Of a stretch of DNA of 64,000 nucleotides, positions 33,523 through 44,923 are shown piece by piece (the first letter of the stretch is position 1; every line of letters starts with the position of its first letter). The DNA comes from Caecitellus pseudoparvulus. Taxonomy: Eukaryota > Protista > Bigyra: Bicosoecida. The position numbers and the translations under genes were made by a program. The stretch spans positions 328,822 through 392,821 of the forward strand of contig CBFFRQ010000096.1 in assembly GCA_965644315.1 (NCBI GenBank). The letters run 5' to 3'. A model generated the notes under the pieces. That model saw nothing but the letters and a program-made list of their open reading frames with translations. It had not been told where the DNA came from and made no database searches.

Positions 33523-36117
33523 CTACACGCCGTCCCCCGTCACGTACCGCAGCAAGGAGGCTTCGTGGTTCACCGCTAGGGCCGGTGGCGGCACTGGCTG
33601 AGGTGGCGGTGTGGGGGTGCGCTCAGCTGCAGCGCCGGGTGACCCGTCCTCTGAGCCAGGCTGGCTGGACGCGTCCGGCACTTCGAACATGATGATGCTC
33701 CTGCCTTGGTCGTGCGCAGCGTGTGGCGCCCGGGCACCTGACGCAGCGGCAAGGGGGCGCTGCGACCTCCCTCCCACGAAGGAGCGGTGCAGCTGGATGG
33801 AGCGCTGCAGCGGGTGGGCATGCCCACGCTGTTCACCGCCTGCGCTGGGTGTCGCTGCCATGTGCAGTGCGGAGGCGCCGCTGCTGGGGCGCAGGCCTGG
33901 CAGCGCTGACGCCGCGAGCGACTGCTGGAACTGCTGCTGCACGGCGAGGGACCAGGCCGGGTGTGCGGCGTGGAAAGAGAGGATGCTGCGCTGCAGCTTC
34001 TCGCGGGCCCAGGGTGCCGGGGGAGGGCCAGCCAGCCCGAAGAGAGCGGGCGTGCAGACGGCTCCCACTCCTTGCACCTCCGTCACATTCTGACGCAGGA
34101 AGTCCGTGATGTCGGGGGCAGCCAGTGGCAGCAGCCAGGCACAGACGAGGGGCGCTGCCGCGACGCTGGCCACCTCCTGCAGCAGGCTGGCCAGGCGGAA
34201 GGGGAAGAGGTCCATGAAGGCATCCCGCACAGCAGCGGTGCCGGCGCGGCCCTCCCACTCAGCCGGCGCAAAGTGCGTGAAGGCCACCACCTCCCCCATG
34301 GCCTCGGTGGGGTTCACCACTGTCTCTTCGGGCGCAGGCACCAGGCTTCGAGCCGCTGCCAGCACGGCACTGGCCATGGCCAGGTACCACAGCAGGTTCC
34401 GGTCACCCAGCGTCACATGCAAGAGCAGCTGGTCGTCCACCAGCGTCAGCAGCAGCAGCGCCAGCACGACGGTGCCGGCGAGGAAGGCGACACCCTTGCC
34501 CACCACAGCCATGGTGGCGTTGGGGAACTGGCGCAGGTAGGTGGTTGCAGGCACCAACCCCGCGTTCAGGCGGCGCCGGAACAGGTGTGGCAGCTCGTTC
34601 AGTTCCCGGAAGGCCCACTCAGCAGCATGGGACCAGCCACGGGGCCCCAGCACGTCCTTCTTCGCGTGCCAGTCCTCTGCGTGCTGGATGATGTGGCGCA
34701 GAATGTCCACTGGCAGGCGCAGCGGCAGGGAAAGGCAGGCGAAGGCGCTGATCCAGGCCAGGTTCCGGCGCAGGCGGGCGGAGTTCTTGGTGTAGGCAGG
34801 CAGCAGGCGGCCAGAGCCTGGCTCCAGCATGACGTCCAGCAGTGCCGTGCGCACGTTCCAGTGCAGGGTGTGGGTGAGGGGGCAGGGGCAGTGGCAGGCC
34901 CAGGGTGAAGCGGGGACGGGGAGCGAGGAGGGGGGCGGCATGGCGGGTGCTGCGGCGTGGTCAGCTGGCGCACGGCCGGCAGCACAGCTGTCACTGCGCG
35001 CCAGGTGCAGGGGGGGGGGGTTCCTTGGCGAGGCGGAGTGGGTGTGGAGTGGGCTGGCGGGGCCGCTGCGGGGGGGTGGTGGGCAGGCGCCTCCCCGCGC
35101 AGCGCGCACCTGAGCTCGCCCGACGTGGGGCGTGCAGCCTGCGCCCTGGGCGTGGCAAGGCAGGCGCAGCGTGCAGGCGAGGTCCAGCAGCCCCTCGTTC
35201 ACGAGGCCCACCATGAAGTTGTCCCGCTGCATAATGCGCGCAGCGACGTACTGAGGCAGCAGCAAGCCCTGCGTCCGCTTGCCGATGCGGGCGCCTGGGA
35301 AGGAAGTGTCCATGCCCAGAGCGCTGAGTTTGCGGCGCACCTGGGGTCGCTCCAGGATGCCCAGGATGTCCCCCCACTCCGCTGCGGCCAAGTCTTCGTC
35401 AGGCAGGTGCATGGTGTGCGCCAGGATGCGGTGCCAGAACCAGGCCCGGCGCACGCTGTGCACGGCCGCGACGGCAGACCACAGCCACCACAGCAGCAGG
35501 ACGAAGCAGTACACCATGAACACGACGTCGCCAGCGTGGGGCGCGCGCAGGACGTCAGTCCTGGCGAATGACTCCAGTGGCTGCGCAAGGAGGCGCAGCA
35601 TGGCTTGTGGCGGCTGAACGCAGCGGGCGCGACGCAGGCAGGCTCACCCCACAGAACTCAGGCGCGCCATCTGTGCACTTCATGAGCCGATCCCAGCGCA
35701 CGAACAGGAATGCCCACGCCAGGAACACGATGATGGCACCAAGAGACCTGTGCAGGTGGCCAAGCAAATTCCGCATCGCAGGCGTGGCGTTGGCGGCAAG
35801 TGCGCACGACTCACAGCAAGTGCACGAGGAAGGTCAGCAGGATGTTCACAAAGCCTTTCTCGCTGAAGTACCAGTACAGCTCGCGCAGGAATTCTCCGCC
35901 AGGCACAGCCCTCGCCCGTTTGCCGGCCTGTGGCGTTTCACACAGCACAAAGAGCCCGGTGCGTGCGAGTGTGCCAGGCGGCTGCCCCTTTGCGCCCACG
36001 CACCGCTGGCTGGACAGGAGAGTCTGGAAGGCCTGACACTTCTACGTCCCGGATGCTGCCATAGTCGGCTGCGGCGCTGTCGTGCTGGGTGAGGGGCGCG
36101 GACAACTCAGTGTCCAT
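33523..36117 (-). CDS. ATG9: Autophagy protein ATG9 (lipid scramblase), 4 exons
   Basis: 'FLRELYWYFSEKGFVNIL', 'RIMQRDNFMVGLVN', 'RGWSHAAEWAFRELNELPHLFRRRLN...YLRQFP', 'FLRQNVTEVQGVGAVC', 'KLQRSILSFHAAHPAW'. Confidence 0.9.
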
Positions 36118-36542
36118 GTGGCGAAGCTGCGAGCCAGACGCGCCCTCGACTTGAATGACCCAGCGAGTGGCAGCCAAAGGATGCAAGTCCTGCAGGGAAT
36201 CAACAATCGTGGCAAATCGGTTGAACAGATGTGTGGGTGCGTGTGAAAGGATTTGGCGGGGCGCCGGCTCGTGTCTGGGTGGGCTCGCAGGTGAATTTCC
36301 GCAAGCGCACACTTCGCAAGCGCCGACGAATTGACGCAGGCACTAAATTGCTGGGAGCCACAGTGCACCAGTCACGCCTTGTACCAAGCACACCCGGGCC
36401 ACCGCCTGCACCTGCCCCCGCCCAGCAGTGGGGTGGTTGCTGAGCAGGAGAAAGCCGAGTTGACATCGCGCATCAGCAGCACCTCGTCGCGGCCGCCTGC
36501 AGCTGCTCCACTCACGGCCACACAGCGAGGCCAAGGCCAGCC

Positions 36543-39500
36543 ATGGCAGGAATTCGACCGATGAGTCGTGCCGAGCGAGCGGCAGCCTTCGGCATTGACT
36601 GTGGCGGTGGCATTCACTGGCGGGGGGGCACCTGGAGCCCTGGTGGCGAGTACTCTGGCAAGCTGACGGTGAAGAACGTCTCCATGCGCATGCAGAAGGT
36701 GCGGTACGAGCTGCCGAAGACCAAGATCTTCTTCATGGAGTTCCCAGACACACTCGTGCTGTCGTCCGGCATGTCCGTGCAGCTGGAGGTGCGCTTCCGG
36801 CCCGTGCGCCTGACCGCCTACTCCGACAGTATCACCTTCACCACTGAGCAGGGCGCCTTCTCCGTGCCCATCACCGCCTCCCTGCCGCGCCTGGCAGTGG
36901 AGCCGCCGGAAGACGTCGCCTTCGGCACGGTGCCCGTGAACGAGACGTCGGTGGCGCCCCTCACCCTGCGCAACGTGGGAGAAGTGCCAGCCTCCATCGC
37001 CTGGGAGGTGCCAGCACCCTTCGCAGTGGCCCCTGCTCGGGCGGTGCTGCAGCCGGACAGCACCATGCAAGTGCAGGCCAGTGTGCTGCCCAGCGCGGCT
37101 GCCGTCCTGCAGGGCACGGCAGTGTGCCACGTCACGGCCGACGGCGCCCGCAGCACGTACCATGTGTCCCTCTCCGCCACCAGCCGCTTCCAGTTCATCA
37201 AGCTGTCCACAGAGGTGGTGGACCTCGGCGATGCGCTGATCCGGGATGGCGGCAAGCCGTACACCACCCCCATCACGCTGTCCAACGTCGGGCCTGTCCC
37301 CGCCACCGTCACCCTCGTGCCCCTGGAGCGCCAGGCGACGGCACATGTCAAGGTGCACCCTGAAGCGGCGGCGCTGCCTGCAGGCGGCAGCACCACCTTC
37401 ACCGTGCAGTACACGCCTGCCGTGCATGGCATGTTCACGCTGGAGCGCTTTCAATTCCGCACGCCGGGCGGCAACGCAGCCCAGCTCACCGTCACGGGGC
37501 GTGCTGTGGGGCCGACAGTGACGCTGGAGCGCAAAGACCCCTCCACTGGCACCAGCGCCAAGGGCGGGCAGACGAGTGATGGCGATGTCGCTGAGCCGCT
37601 GGCGCTCAGCACCACTCTCCTGACGGCCGGCGTGGGGCAGGGGCGCGGCGGCAGCAACCCCCTCTCCTTCAATTTCGGCGACATCGACGTCGGCACCAGC
37701 TGCACCCGCGTCGTGACGCTGCGCAACCACAGCAAGACCACTGCCTTCTTCGCATTCGACGCCGCTCAGGGAGGCGTCTTCGACTTTGCCGTGGCTCAAG
37801 GCAGCGTGCCCGCCCAGCTGTACACGCACGTCGTGGTGACCTTCACGCCGCCCAGCGCAGGCACCTTCTACCGCCGTGTGCTGTGCCTGGTGCGCGACAG
37901 CACGCCGGTGTTCGCAGACTTCTTCGGCAGCGGCAAGGACGCCACACACCGCCCCATGCCGCTGCGCCAGCGCCACATCGACGCATACCGCCTGCGCCCG
38001 CCACCCGTGCTCCTGCTGCCCCCCCAACACGTCACCTCCATCGCCAATGCCCTGCTGGCACGAGCCAGTGCGGCAGCGCAGGCTGGTGACCCGGCCTTGG
38101 CGGGGTGGCTCGCCACGACCGCCCCTGCAGCTGCTGCAAAGCCCCCACCTGTGGGCAGTGGAGACGGCATGGACGCTGACTTTGAGGCTCTGCTGGGGGA
38201 GTCCAAGGGAGTGGCGGCGGCGCCCCCCGGCACCCGTGAGGCCGGGGCGGCAGGGGGCCTGTCCCTCTGGCGCCTGCCTCTGCACTTGTTGGAGGGGGAT
38301 GACGCCGCAGCCGAGACACTGGTGCAGGTGCACGAAGCGGCGTCAGGCGGTGGCGGCGGCGGCGGGCACGGCGCCGGCACAGCGGAGGCGGCGGTGGTGG
38401 GCAAGGCCATCCGCATTGGCGCCCGGGCGCCGTTCGGGCTGGTGTCCCGCACCACCCTGCTGCAGGAGCGAGAGCTGTCCCTCACCACCATGGGCGCTGC
38501 TGAGGTGACGCGGTCGGGGGACATGAGCCGGGCCGCCGCGGCACTGCTGGACGCACACTTCCAGCCGCAAGACCACTCCACTGCGCCGCTGGCCCTGCTG
38601 GTGGAGCGCGTGGACTTTGGCCACACCGCCATGGGCGCACCCGTCACACGCAAGGTGCGCCTGGCCAACCGCACGAAGGGCAAGATGACAGTCACGTGGG
38701 CTGTGCCGCGGTCAGCGTATGCTGCAGGGGAGGCTGGTGGCGCTGACTTCGCCGTGCGCCCCCTGGTGCAGGACATCGACGCGGAGAGCGAGGGCGAGTT
38801 CGTGCTGTCCTTCACGCCCACCGCTGACAACGTGTACTTCGCACAGCAGCTGGAGGCCTTCGTGTCCCCCAAGCCCAACCGCACCTTCCGCCTGGTGGAC
38901 GACGTCAGCTTGACGCCGCCTGTGTGCCTGCCGCTTACCGTGCGGGGACACACCTTCTCGGGCCTGGGGCAGTTCTTGCCTCGTGTGGCGTGCTCCCTGG
39001 GCGGCGGGCACAGCCACAAGGTGGTGCTGCCCACTGCCATGCTGGGGGACTCCACCCACACCACCTTCCAGCTGACCAACGAGGGCGACACCCCTGCCAC
39101 CTTTGACTTTGGCGAGGCCGGCGATGGCGTGTGGGCCGTCAAGCCTGCCTCAGGCATCATCCAGCCCGGCGCCTTTGCCCTCGTGACCCTGCGCTTCACT
39201 CCATCAGCGCCACGAACCTTCACGCACACCCTCACCTGCCGCCTGAACGGTGGGGACACACACACCCTCACATTGCACCTGCTGGGCACGGGCGGCCTGC
39301 CCCGCCTGCAGCTGCCGCGGGATGGGCTTGTCTTCGTCAAGCCAACGTGCGTGGGGGTGGCTTCCCACGCCACAGCACGCCTGCACAACCCCACCCACCT
39401 GCCACTGCGCTATCGCCTCGTGCTGCCAGAGGATGCCGCGCGGCAGGGCGTGCTGTCCGCGACGCCCCTGGAGGGGGAGCTGGCCGGCAATGCGTTCGAG

Positions 39501-42500
39501 GACGTTGTGCTGCGTTTCGCTCCGCAGGCGGCGGGGGACCATGCGTTGAAAGTGGGCGTGGAGGTGTTCCCCGCCGGGCGCATGGATGCAGACTGGGCCG
39601 TGGGGCAGACCTCCCTGGACCGCCTGCCCACCGGCACGGGGTACGCCGCGTATGCGTTCACAGGGGGGCACATCTCATCGGGGGCAGTCAAGGTGGGCGG
39701 CCGTGTGCCCACGGCGCGCTTGGAGGATGTCAGCCCGCCCACTGAGGGAGTGGCGCCGCTGCAGCGCCTGACGCTGCTGGTGCTGAGCGAGGGCACGGGG
39801 GGTGCACTGCAGTTCACGCCGCCCGCCCTGGACTTCGGCACGGCCCTCGTGGGCAGCACCCTGCATCGCAGTGTGGCCCTGCACAACATCTCCGATTGCA
39901 CGCTGCACTTCCGGGTGGGCGCCTTCGTGCAGCGGCGGGGGGCGAGGGGCGTGCCGCCGGTGGATGCCCGAGCGTCTCTGGACGGCACTGCCGGCGTGGC
40001 GGCGGTGGACCCCCCCACTGCAGACAGCGAGCCTGACTCAGACGAGGAGGGCGAGGAGCCGGGGAAGGGTGCCGCCGCTGCCGCAGCTGCCCTGGCCGCC
40101 ACGTCAGCTGACATGGGCCTCGCCAGCACTTCTGCGGGGGACGCGCTGCTGGACAAGGCGTCCCAGGTGCCGCTGCTGCAGCTGGACCCGCCTTGCGGAG
40201 TGGTGCCTGCCCACGCCAAGGTGCAGATGGACGTGGCCTTCACCCCCCCCGACGCGGCAGAGTACTCCTTCAGCCTCTTCTACCTCATCGTGTCCGAGGC
40301 AGAAGTGGCCAGCGGGGAGGCCGCCACGCCCCTGCTCCTGCTGCCAGGCGAGGATGGCTCCTTCCGCCCCCTGGACCTGCCAGCACCACAGGCAGCAGGG
40401 GACACGCCCGCCATCAGCGGGCCTGCCCTGGACATCGCGGCCTCTGCTGCTGCCGCGCTGGCGCACGCTCAAGCGGCGGCGGGGGGAGGTGCCGCACACC
40501 CTGCTGGGGAGGAGGGCGCCAGCACGCCCCCTCCCGACACGCAGCTGGCAGCAGGCAGCGCCACGACGCTGGCAGCCTTTGACCCCCTGCCCATCGCGCA
40601 GCGGGGACTGGTGCCGCCCAACACCGACCCGCTGTGGTGCCACGCCACCGCCAAGGGCGGGTACCCCAGTGTCACCATCGAGGACGCCCGGGCACTGTGC
40701 AGTCGAGACGCCCTACTGTACATGTTCCCATCCCCGCCCGCGCCTGTGGCAGGGGGGGGCAGTGTCGTGGGCGGCGAGGCCATCACGCTGCCCCTGCCAC
40801 CCGCCCTGGCCCGTGCACTGGCCCTCTCCCCCGCTAACCGTGCCATCTCGGAGGAGCACTTCTCGGCGGTGGGGGACATGCCCCATGCCGTCGCCCTCAT
40901 GGCGGCAGCGGGCGTGGACGTGGAGGTGCAGCTGGCCGTGACGCCGGATGGCACGGCCCTGGCCAGCACGGCGCTGGGCCAGACGGGCAACGGCGGACTG
41001 GCCAGCGGTGGCGCAGGCTCCGCGGTGGACGGCATCCCCGTCGGCGGCAATGCCGTCGGCGGCTGGGGCTTCTTCACCTTCGGGCCCTACTTGAACGTGC
41101 CTGAATTCGAGCCGTTGCTGGCGGGGGCAGTGCGCCCGCCGCCCCCCCTGCACCCCATCGCAGACATCTCCTGGACGCCGGGGGATGTGGCTGGGCAGCG
41201 GGGGGGTGCCATGGGCGGCACGGCTGGCGTGGGCGGCTTCTGGGGCCCTGATGCGCGGGACGTGCTGACGGGTGTTCTGGCGGAACACGCGGGGGACTCG
41301 TGGGAGATGGACGCTGCCCGCGCGACAGATGCCGCCGTGCTGGGCGAGGCAGGACCTGGCGCGCGCTCCACCGTCAGCAGCCGCAAGGGCGTCCTAGGGC
41401 GCCCCCTGCCCGACGCAGGCGTGCACGTGGACCCCCAGCCGGCAGTGGGCTCCCCCGCCCTCCTGTGGCGGCAGCTGTCCCTGTCTGGGCTCAATGCGCA
41501 CTTGGCGCGGAGCCTGACGCCTGGCGAGCGCTCCTTCAACCGTGCCACGCGCAACGAGACGGCAGCACACACGCTCAAGACGTACACGATGGAGTTCACG
41601 CCGGCACCGCTGGGGTCCCCCCCCGAAGTCATCCTGCTGTCCCTCCGCAACAACGGCCACCTGCCTGCCGTGCTGGACTTCCGCTTCACCCACGCCCACG
41701 AATTCGACGTGGAGCCGTGGGCGGAAGTCGCGGCGCCCTCCACCTCCGCCGTGCAAGTGGCTGAGCTGGTCGCCCGGCGAGTGGTGGACGTGCAGCCGCG
41801 CCGTGCCGCTCTGCAGCCCGGCGAGTCCGTCACCATCCGCCTGCACTACGCGTACGTGACCAGCCTGAACGGCGGCCGGCACGACGTCGCCGTCATCCTG
41901 CGCCTGGCGCAAGGCAAGCAGGTGCGCCTGCTGCTGCGAGGGCGCACCCTGAACCCCGCCTTCCCCCACCTGTACCTGGGGCTGCCGCGGGGTGTCCACC
42001 GCCTGGCGGCCGTGCCCCTGGCCTGCGCAGAGGTGCCCTTCCAACCTGTCCTCCTGCGCAACCCGTCCGCTGTGGCGCTGGCCTTCACCCTGGACCCCGC
42101 CTCCCTCCAGGACCTGGCGGCAGACAACTATGGCTTCCCCGTGTTCACTGCTGTGGCGGTGGACCCGGCAACCGCCCGCGCTGCCGCCCGAGCCAAGGCT
42201 GTCACGGCAGGCACGCCTCCTGGTGCAGATGCAGCGACGCTGCTGGAGCTCGACACTGCTCTGCACCGCGGCATCATCCCCGCAGGGGGCCACACCACCA
42301 TCTGGGTGCGTTTCCAACCCCTGGAGGCGGTGGAGTACCGGTCGCGCCTTCGCATCGCGTACAGCTTCGCGGCGCTGCAGGATGAAGAGTGGGCTGCCGC
42401 TGCCGCAGACGCCGTGCAGCGCACCGCAGACGCAGAGGCGGAGGCTGCCGAGTCAGGCATGTTTGGTGAGGGGGCAGGGGCGTCTACGCCATCTGCCTCC

Positions 42501-44900
42501 GCCACTGTCAGCGCGCTGCAGCGAGCCATGCTATCCCACGCGGCGCAGGTGGATGAGGGGGGGCAGCTGGGGCTGTTCCCCTTCGCCACCAGCCGGGAAC
42601 AGCTGCCGCTGTACGAGACGGCCCTGCACGAGAGCTTGGGGCTGCGCCACGACAATGGGGGCGAGGTGGTGCTGCACCTAGCGGGGGAAGGCTTCGTGCC
42701 GCCGCCACCCCACGCCACGCCCACCCCTACCTCCTTGCGCGTGCACCCGCTGCCAGCAGTGGTCAGCAGCACTGTGCGGTGTGGCGCACAGGTGGGGGCA
42801 GGGGCGGAGTGTGCTCTGGAGGGCGGGCGCTTCGTGACGGGCATGGAGGATGGGGGGGATGAGGGGGTGGAGGAGGTGGAGGGCGGGCCAGACGCCGACA
42901 GTGGCGCCCAGGCCCGGCGGGCTGCCGCGGCACATGCCCAGCAAGGCATGCGTGTGCTGGCGGCGCATGCAGCTGGCTTGACTGCCGGCTCCACGGCTGA
43001 CCTTGACGCCGCCGGCAGAACACCCCGCCAGGCCAGCGCTAGAAGTGGGGAAGGGGGCGCCTCTGCTGAGCTGGCCCTGCCGCCCAGCACGGCCCTCGTG
43101 CCGGCCCGGCGGTTCAAGCCGCGGCCAGGCGAAGTGCCGGCGAAGCACTTCGGCGCCCTGCCGCCGCCTCGCCGCTTCGTGCGGCTCCCGGCGCCGTGGC
43201 TGGGTGAGGCGGCGGCACGCCTGTCCGCTGAGTGGCTGCGCCTGGGGGATGTGCCGGCAGGGCACTGTGTCCACCGCATCCTCGTCCTGTACAATTGCCG
43301 CAACACGCCGGAGCTGACTGCAGCAGCTGCCGCCGACCGTGCTGCGCGAGCCCAGGCACTGGGCGTGGAGGCGGCGCGTGCAGCGGGCAACGGCTCCGCT
43401 GCTGCTGCCCGGCTGAGCCACGGAGGTGGCGCCAGCGCCATGGGCACGACCCGTGCCAAGGGTGAGACGGCAGTGTCGGGGCATGTCCGGGTGACGAACG
43501 CTGCGACGGCGGCAGTGCTGCGCGGGTCTGGCGGTGGGCCGTCCCCTGCCACAGTGGGCGTGGCCAGTCGCAACATCGGCACTGGGCAGGGCCCACTGCT
43601 GTTCGCGTGGGATGCCGCCCACCCCCTGCTGCAGCACGGCACCCTGCGCATCCACCCCATGCGAGGGGAGGTGCCCGCTGGCGGCCATGCCGTCGTGCGA
43701 GTGTCGCTGCACGCGCCCGCCCAGCCGCAAACCGTGGACACGGACGTCGCCCTCCTCGTCGGCGTGACGCACGGCGAGATGATGCAGGGCACGCGCCACG
43801 TCGCGGCACAGGCGGCACAGGCCCAGCGCAAGGTGACAGCCGGCGCCGGTGGCCTGCCTGACCCCGTGCATGTCCCAGTGGCGCTCAAGTCCACCCTCAG
43901 CCGTGACGCTCGCATTGGAGCTGACAAGGCGCCGCCCAGCGCGTTGCAGGGCGGCGGTGGCGGCGCCACGCAGCGCACCAAGAGTCACGGTGGCGCCACC
44001 GGCCGCTCTACCATGAGCAGCGTCGCGCTGGACCCGGCAGGCTCCAGCGCAGTGCTGGCCCAGGGCCAGCTGGTGCTCGCCAGCACATCAGGGGAGGGGG
44101 GCATGACCCCCCCTGCCTTCCCTGCCCCTGGCGTGGGCACGGTCAGTGCAGCCATTCCCCTGGCAGGTGCGCCTGCTGTGCCCACCCGGGCGCTGTCTTC
44201 GGCTCGCCTGCTGGCTCGCGCTGCAGCGCAGGAGGCGGCCTCGGCCGACGACGCCAGCCACAGGGTGCAGGTGCCCCCCCCTGCGTCGCAGCGAGGGGGG
44301 GTCAGCCGGGGCACACCCTCCACCTCAGGGGGGGGGCTGCGCCACGTATCAGCCGTGCCGCCTGTCGGGCGCCTGTACCTGCACGTCACTGCCCGCGTCG
44401 CGGCAGAGGACGAGTTCGTGGCGTGCCATGGCACGGCGGCGCTGGCGGCCTTTGGCCAGGCGGCAGGGCAAGGCACGACTTCAGATCGGCCCCTGCTCCC
44501 CAGCCCCGACACTGGAGCCGGCGCGCCAGACTCGCCGCCTGCGCCTGTCAGCGCACGTGCCGACGGCGCTGTGGTGGGAGACGTCCTCGCCGACTTGCTG
44601 GCGGAGGTGGTGGGCACAGCCGGCGTCAGCAGCGCCTTGCAAGGCCTGCGGGCAGAGGCCACGCCCACCTTCCGAGACATCGCCAAGACGACGGCAGGCG
44701 CTGATGCAGCGGCGGCGCTGCGGCCGGCCGGCGACCCGGCCTCCGCCCCCTTTGCCCGAGCGTGGGTGTTGGGGTCGCCCGAGGTGCAGGAGCTGGCGGG
44801 GCGCCTGGTGGAGACGACACTGCTGAACCTGCTGAGGGAGGCCGTGGCAGGCGACTTTGACGTCACCAGCCAGCCGCTGGCCCTGCACCAGGTGTTGTGA
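36543..44900 (+). CDS. CFAP65: Cilia- and flagella-associated protein 65 (multiple ASH/MSP-type Ig domains), apparently intronless
   Basis: N-terminus WSPGGEYSGKLTVKNVSMRMQKVRYELPKTKIFF...LSSGMS...FRP matches the CFAP65/CCDC108 pattern; repeated 'DFG...L-x-N...F-x-P' ASH repeats across 2785 aa. Confidence 0.82.
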   Translation: MAGIRPMSRAERAAAFGIDCGGGIHWRGGTWSPGGEYSGKLTVKNVSMRMQKVRYELPKTKIFFMEFPDTLVLSSGMSVQLEVRFRPVRLTAYSDSITFTTEQGAFSVPITASLPRLAVEPPEDVAFGTVPVNETSVAPLTLRNVGEVPASIAWEVPAPFAVAPARAVLQPDSTMQVQASVLPSAAAVLQGTAVCHVTADGARSTYHVSLSATSRFQFIKLSTEVVDLGDALIRDGGKPYTTPITLSNVGPVPATVTLVPLERQATAHVKVHPEAAALPAGGSTTFTVQYTPAVHGMFTLERFQFRTPGGNAAQLTVTGRAVGPTVTLERKDPSTGTSAKGGQTSDGDVAEPLALSTTLLTAGVGQGRGGSNPLSFNFGDIDVGTSCTRVVTLRNHSKTTAFFAFDAAQGGVFDFAVAQGSVPAQLYTHVVVTFTPPSAGTFYRRVLCLVRDSTPVFADFFGSGKDATHRPMPLRQRHIDAYRLRPPPVLLLPPQHVTSIANALLARASAAAQAGDPALAGWLATTAPAAAAKPPPVGSGDGMDADFEALLGESKGVAAAPPGTREAGAAGGLSLWRLPLHLLEGDDAAAETLVQVHEAASGGGGGGGHGAGTAEAAVVGKAIRIGARAPFGLVSRTTLLQERELSLTTMGAAEVTRSGDMSRAAAALLDAHFQPQDHSTAPLALLVERVDFGHTAMGAPVTRKVRLANRTKGKMTVTWAVPRSAYAAGEAGGADFAVRPLVQDIDAESEGEFVLSFTPTADNVYFAQQLEAFVSPKPNRTFRLVDDVSLTPPVCLPLTVRGHTFSGLGQFLPRVACSLGGGHSHKVVLPTAMLGDSTHTTFQLTNEGDTPATFDFGEAGDGVWAVKPASGIIQPGAFALVTLRFTPSAPRTFTHTLTCRLNGGDTHTLTLHLLGTGGLPRLQLPRDGLVFVKPTCVGVASHATARLHNPTHLPLRYRLVLPEDAARQGVLSATPLEGELAGNAFEDVVLRFAPQAAGDHALKVGVEVFPAGRMDADWAVGQTSLDRLPTGTGYAAYAFTGGHISSGAVKVGGRVPTARLEDVSPPTEGVAPLQRLTLLVLSEGTGGALQFTPPALDFGTALVGSTLHRSVALHNISDCTLHFRVGAFVQRRGARGVPPVDARASLDGTAGVAAVDPPTADSEPDSDEEGEEPGKGAAAAAAALAATSADMGLASTSAGDALLDKASQVPLLQLDPPCGVVPAHAKVQMDVAFTPPDAAEYSFSLFYLIVSEAEVASGEAATPLLLLPGEDGSFRPLDLPAPQAAGDTPAISGPALDIAASAAAALAHAQAAAGGGAAHPAGEEGASTPPPDTQLAAGSATTLAAFDPLPIAQRGLVPPNTDPLWCHATAKGGYPSVTIEDARALCSRDALLYMFPSPPAPVAGGGSVVGGEAITLPLPPALARALALSPANRAISEEHFSAVGDMPHAVALMAAAGVDVEVQLAVTPDGTALASTALGQTGNGGLASGGAGSAVDGIPVGGNAVGGWGFFTFGPYLNVPEFEPLLAGAVRPPPPLHPIADISWTPGDVAGQRGGAMGGTAGVGGFWGPDARDVLTGVLAEHAGDSWEMDAARATDAAVLGEAGPGARSTVSSRKGVLGRPLPDAGVHVDPQPAVGSPALLWRQLSLSGLNAHLARSLTPGERSFNRATRNETAAHTLKTYTMEFTPAPLGSPPEVILLSLRNNGHLPAVLDFRFTHAHEFDVEPWAEVAAPSTSAVQVAELVARRVVDVQPRRAALQPGESVTIRLHYAYVTSLNGGRHDVAVILRLAQGKQVRLLLRGRTLNPAFPHLYLGLPRGVHRLAAVPLACAEVPFQPVLLRNPSAVALAFTLDPASLQDLAADNYGFPVFTAVAVDPATARAAARAKAVTAGTPPGADAATLLELDTALHRGIIPAGGHTTIWVRFQPLEAVEYRSRLRIAYSFAALQDEEWAAAAADAVQRTADAEAEAAESGMFGEGAGASTPSASATVSALQRAMLSHAAQVDEGGQLGLFPFATSREQLPLYETALHESLGLRHDNGGEVVLHLAGEGFVPPPPHATPTPTSLRVHPLPAVVSSTVRCGAQVGAGAECALEGGRFVTGMEDGGDEGVEEVEGGPDADSGAQARRAAAAHAQQGMRVLAAHAAGLTAGSTADLDAAGRTPRQASARSGEGGASAELALPPSTALVPARRFKPRPGEVPAKHFGALPPPRRFVRLPAPWLGEAAARLSAEWLRLGDVPAGHCVHRILVLYNCRNTPELTAAAAADRAARAQALGVEAARAAGNGSAAAARLSHGGGASAMGTTRAKGETAVSGHVRVTNAATAAVLRGSGGGPSPATVGVASRNIGTGQGPLLFAWDAAHPLLQHGTLRIHPMRGEVPAGGHAVVRVSLHAPAQPQTVDTDVALLVGVTHGEMMQGTRHVAAQAAQAQRKVTAGAGGLPDPVHVPVALKSTLSRDARIGADKAPPSALQGGGGGATQRTKSHGGATGRSTMSSVALDPAGSSAVLAQGQLVLASTSGEGGMTPPAFPAPGVGTVSAAIPLAGAPAVPTRALSSARLLARAAAQEAASADDASHRVQVPPPASQRGGVSRGTPSTSGGGLRHVSAVPPVGRLYLHVTARVAAEDEFVACHGTAALAAFGQAAGQGTTSDRPLLPSPDTGAGAPDSPPAPVSARADGAVVGDVLADLLAEVVGTAGVSSALQGLRAEATPTFRDIAKTTAGADAAAALRPAGDPASAPFARAWVLGSPEVQELAGRLVETTLLNLLREAVAGDFDVTSQPLALHQVL

Positions 44901-44912
44901 GGTCAAGAGGGC

Positions 44913-44920
44913 AATGCATT
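44913..44920. promoter_or_regulatory. Palindromic AATGCATT putative bidirectional 3'-end signal between convergent CFAP65 and lipoyl-KGD4
   Basis: Lies in the 23-nt gap between the two stop codons. Confidence 0.55.
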
Positions 44921-44923
44921 CGC

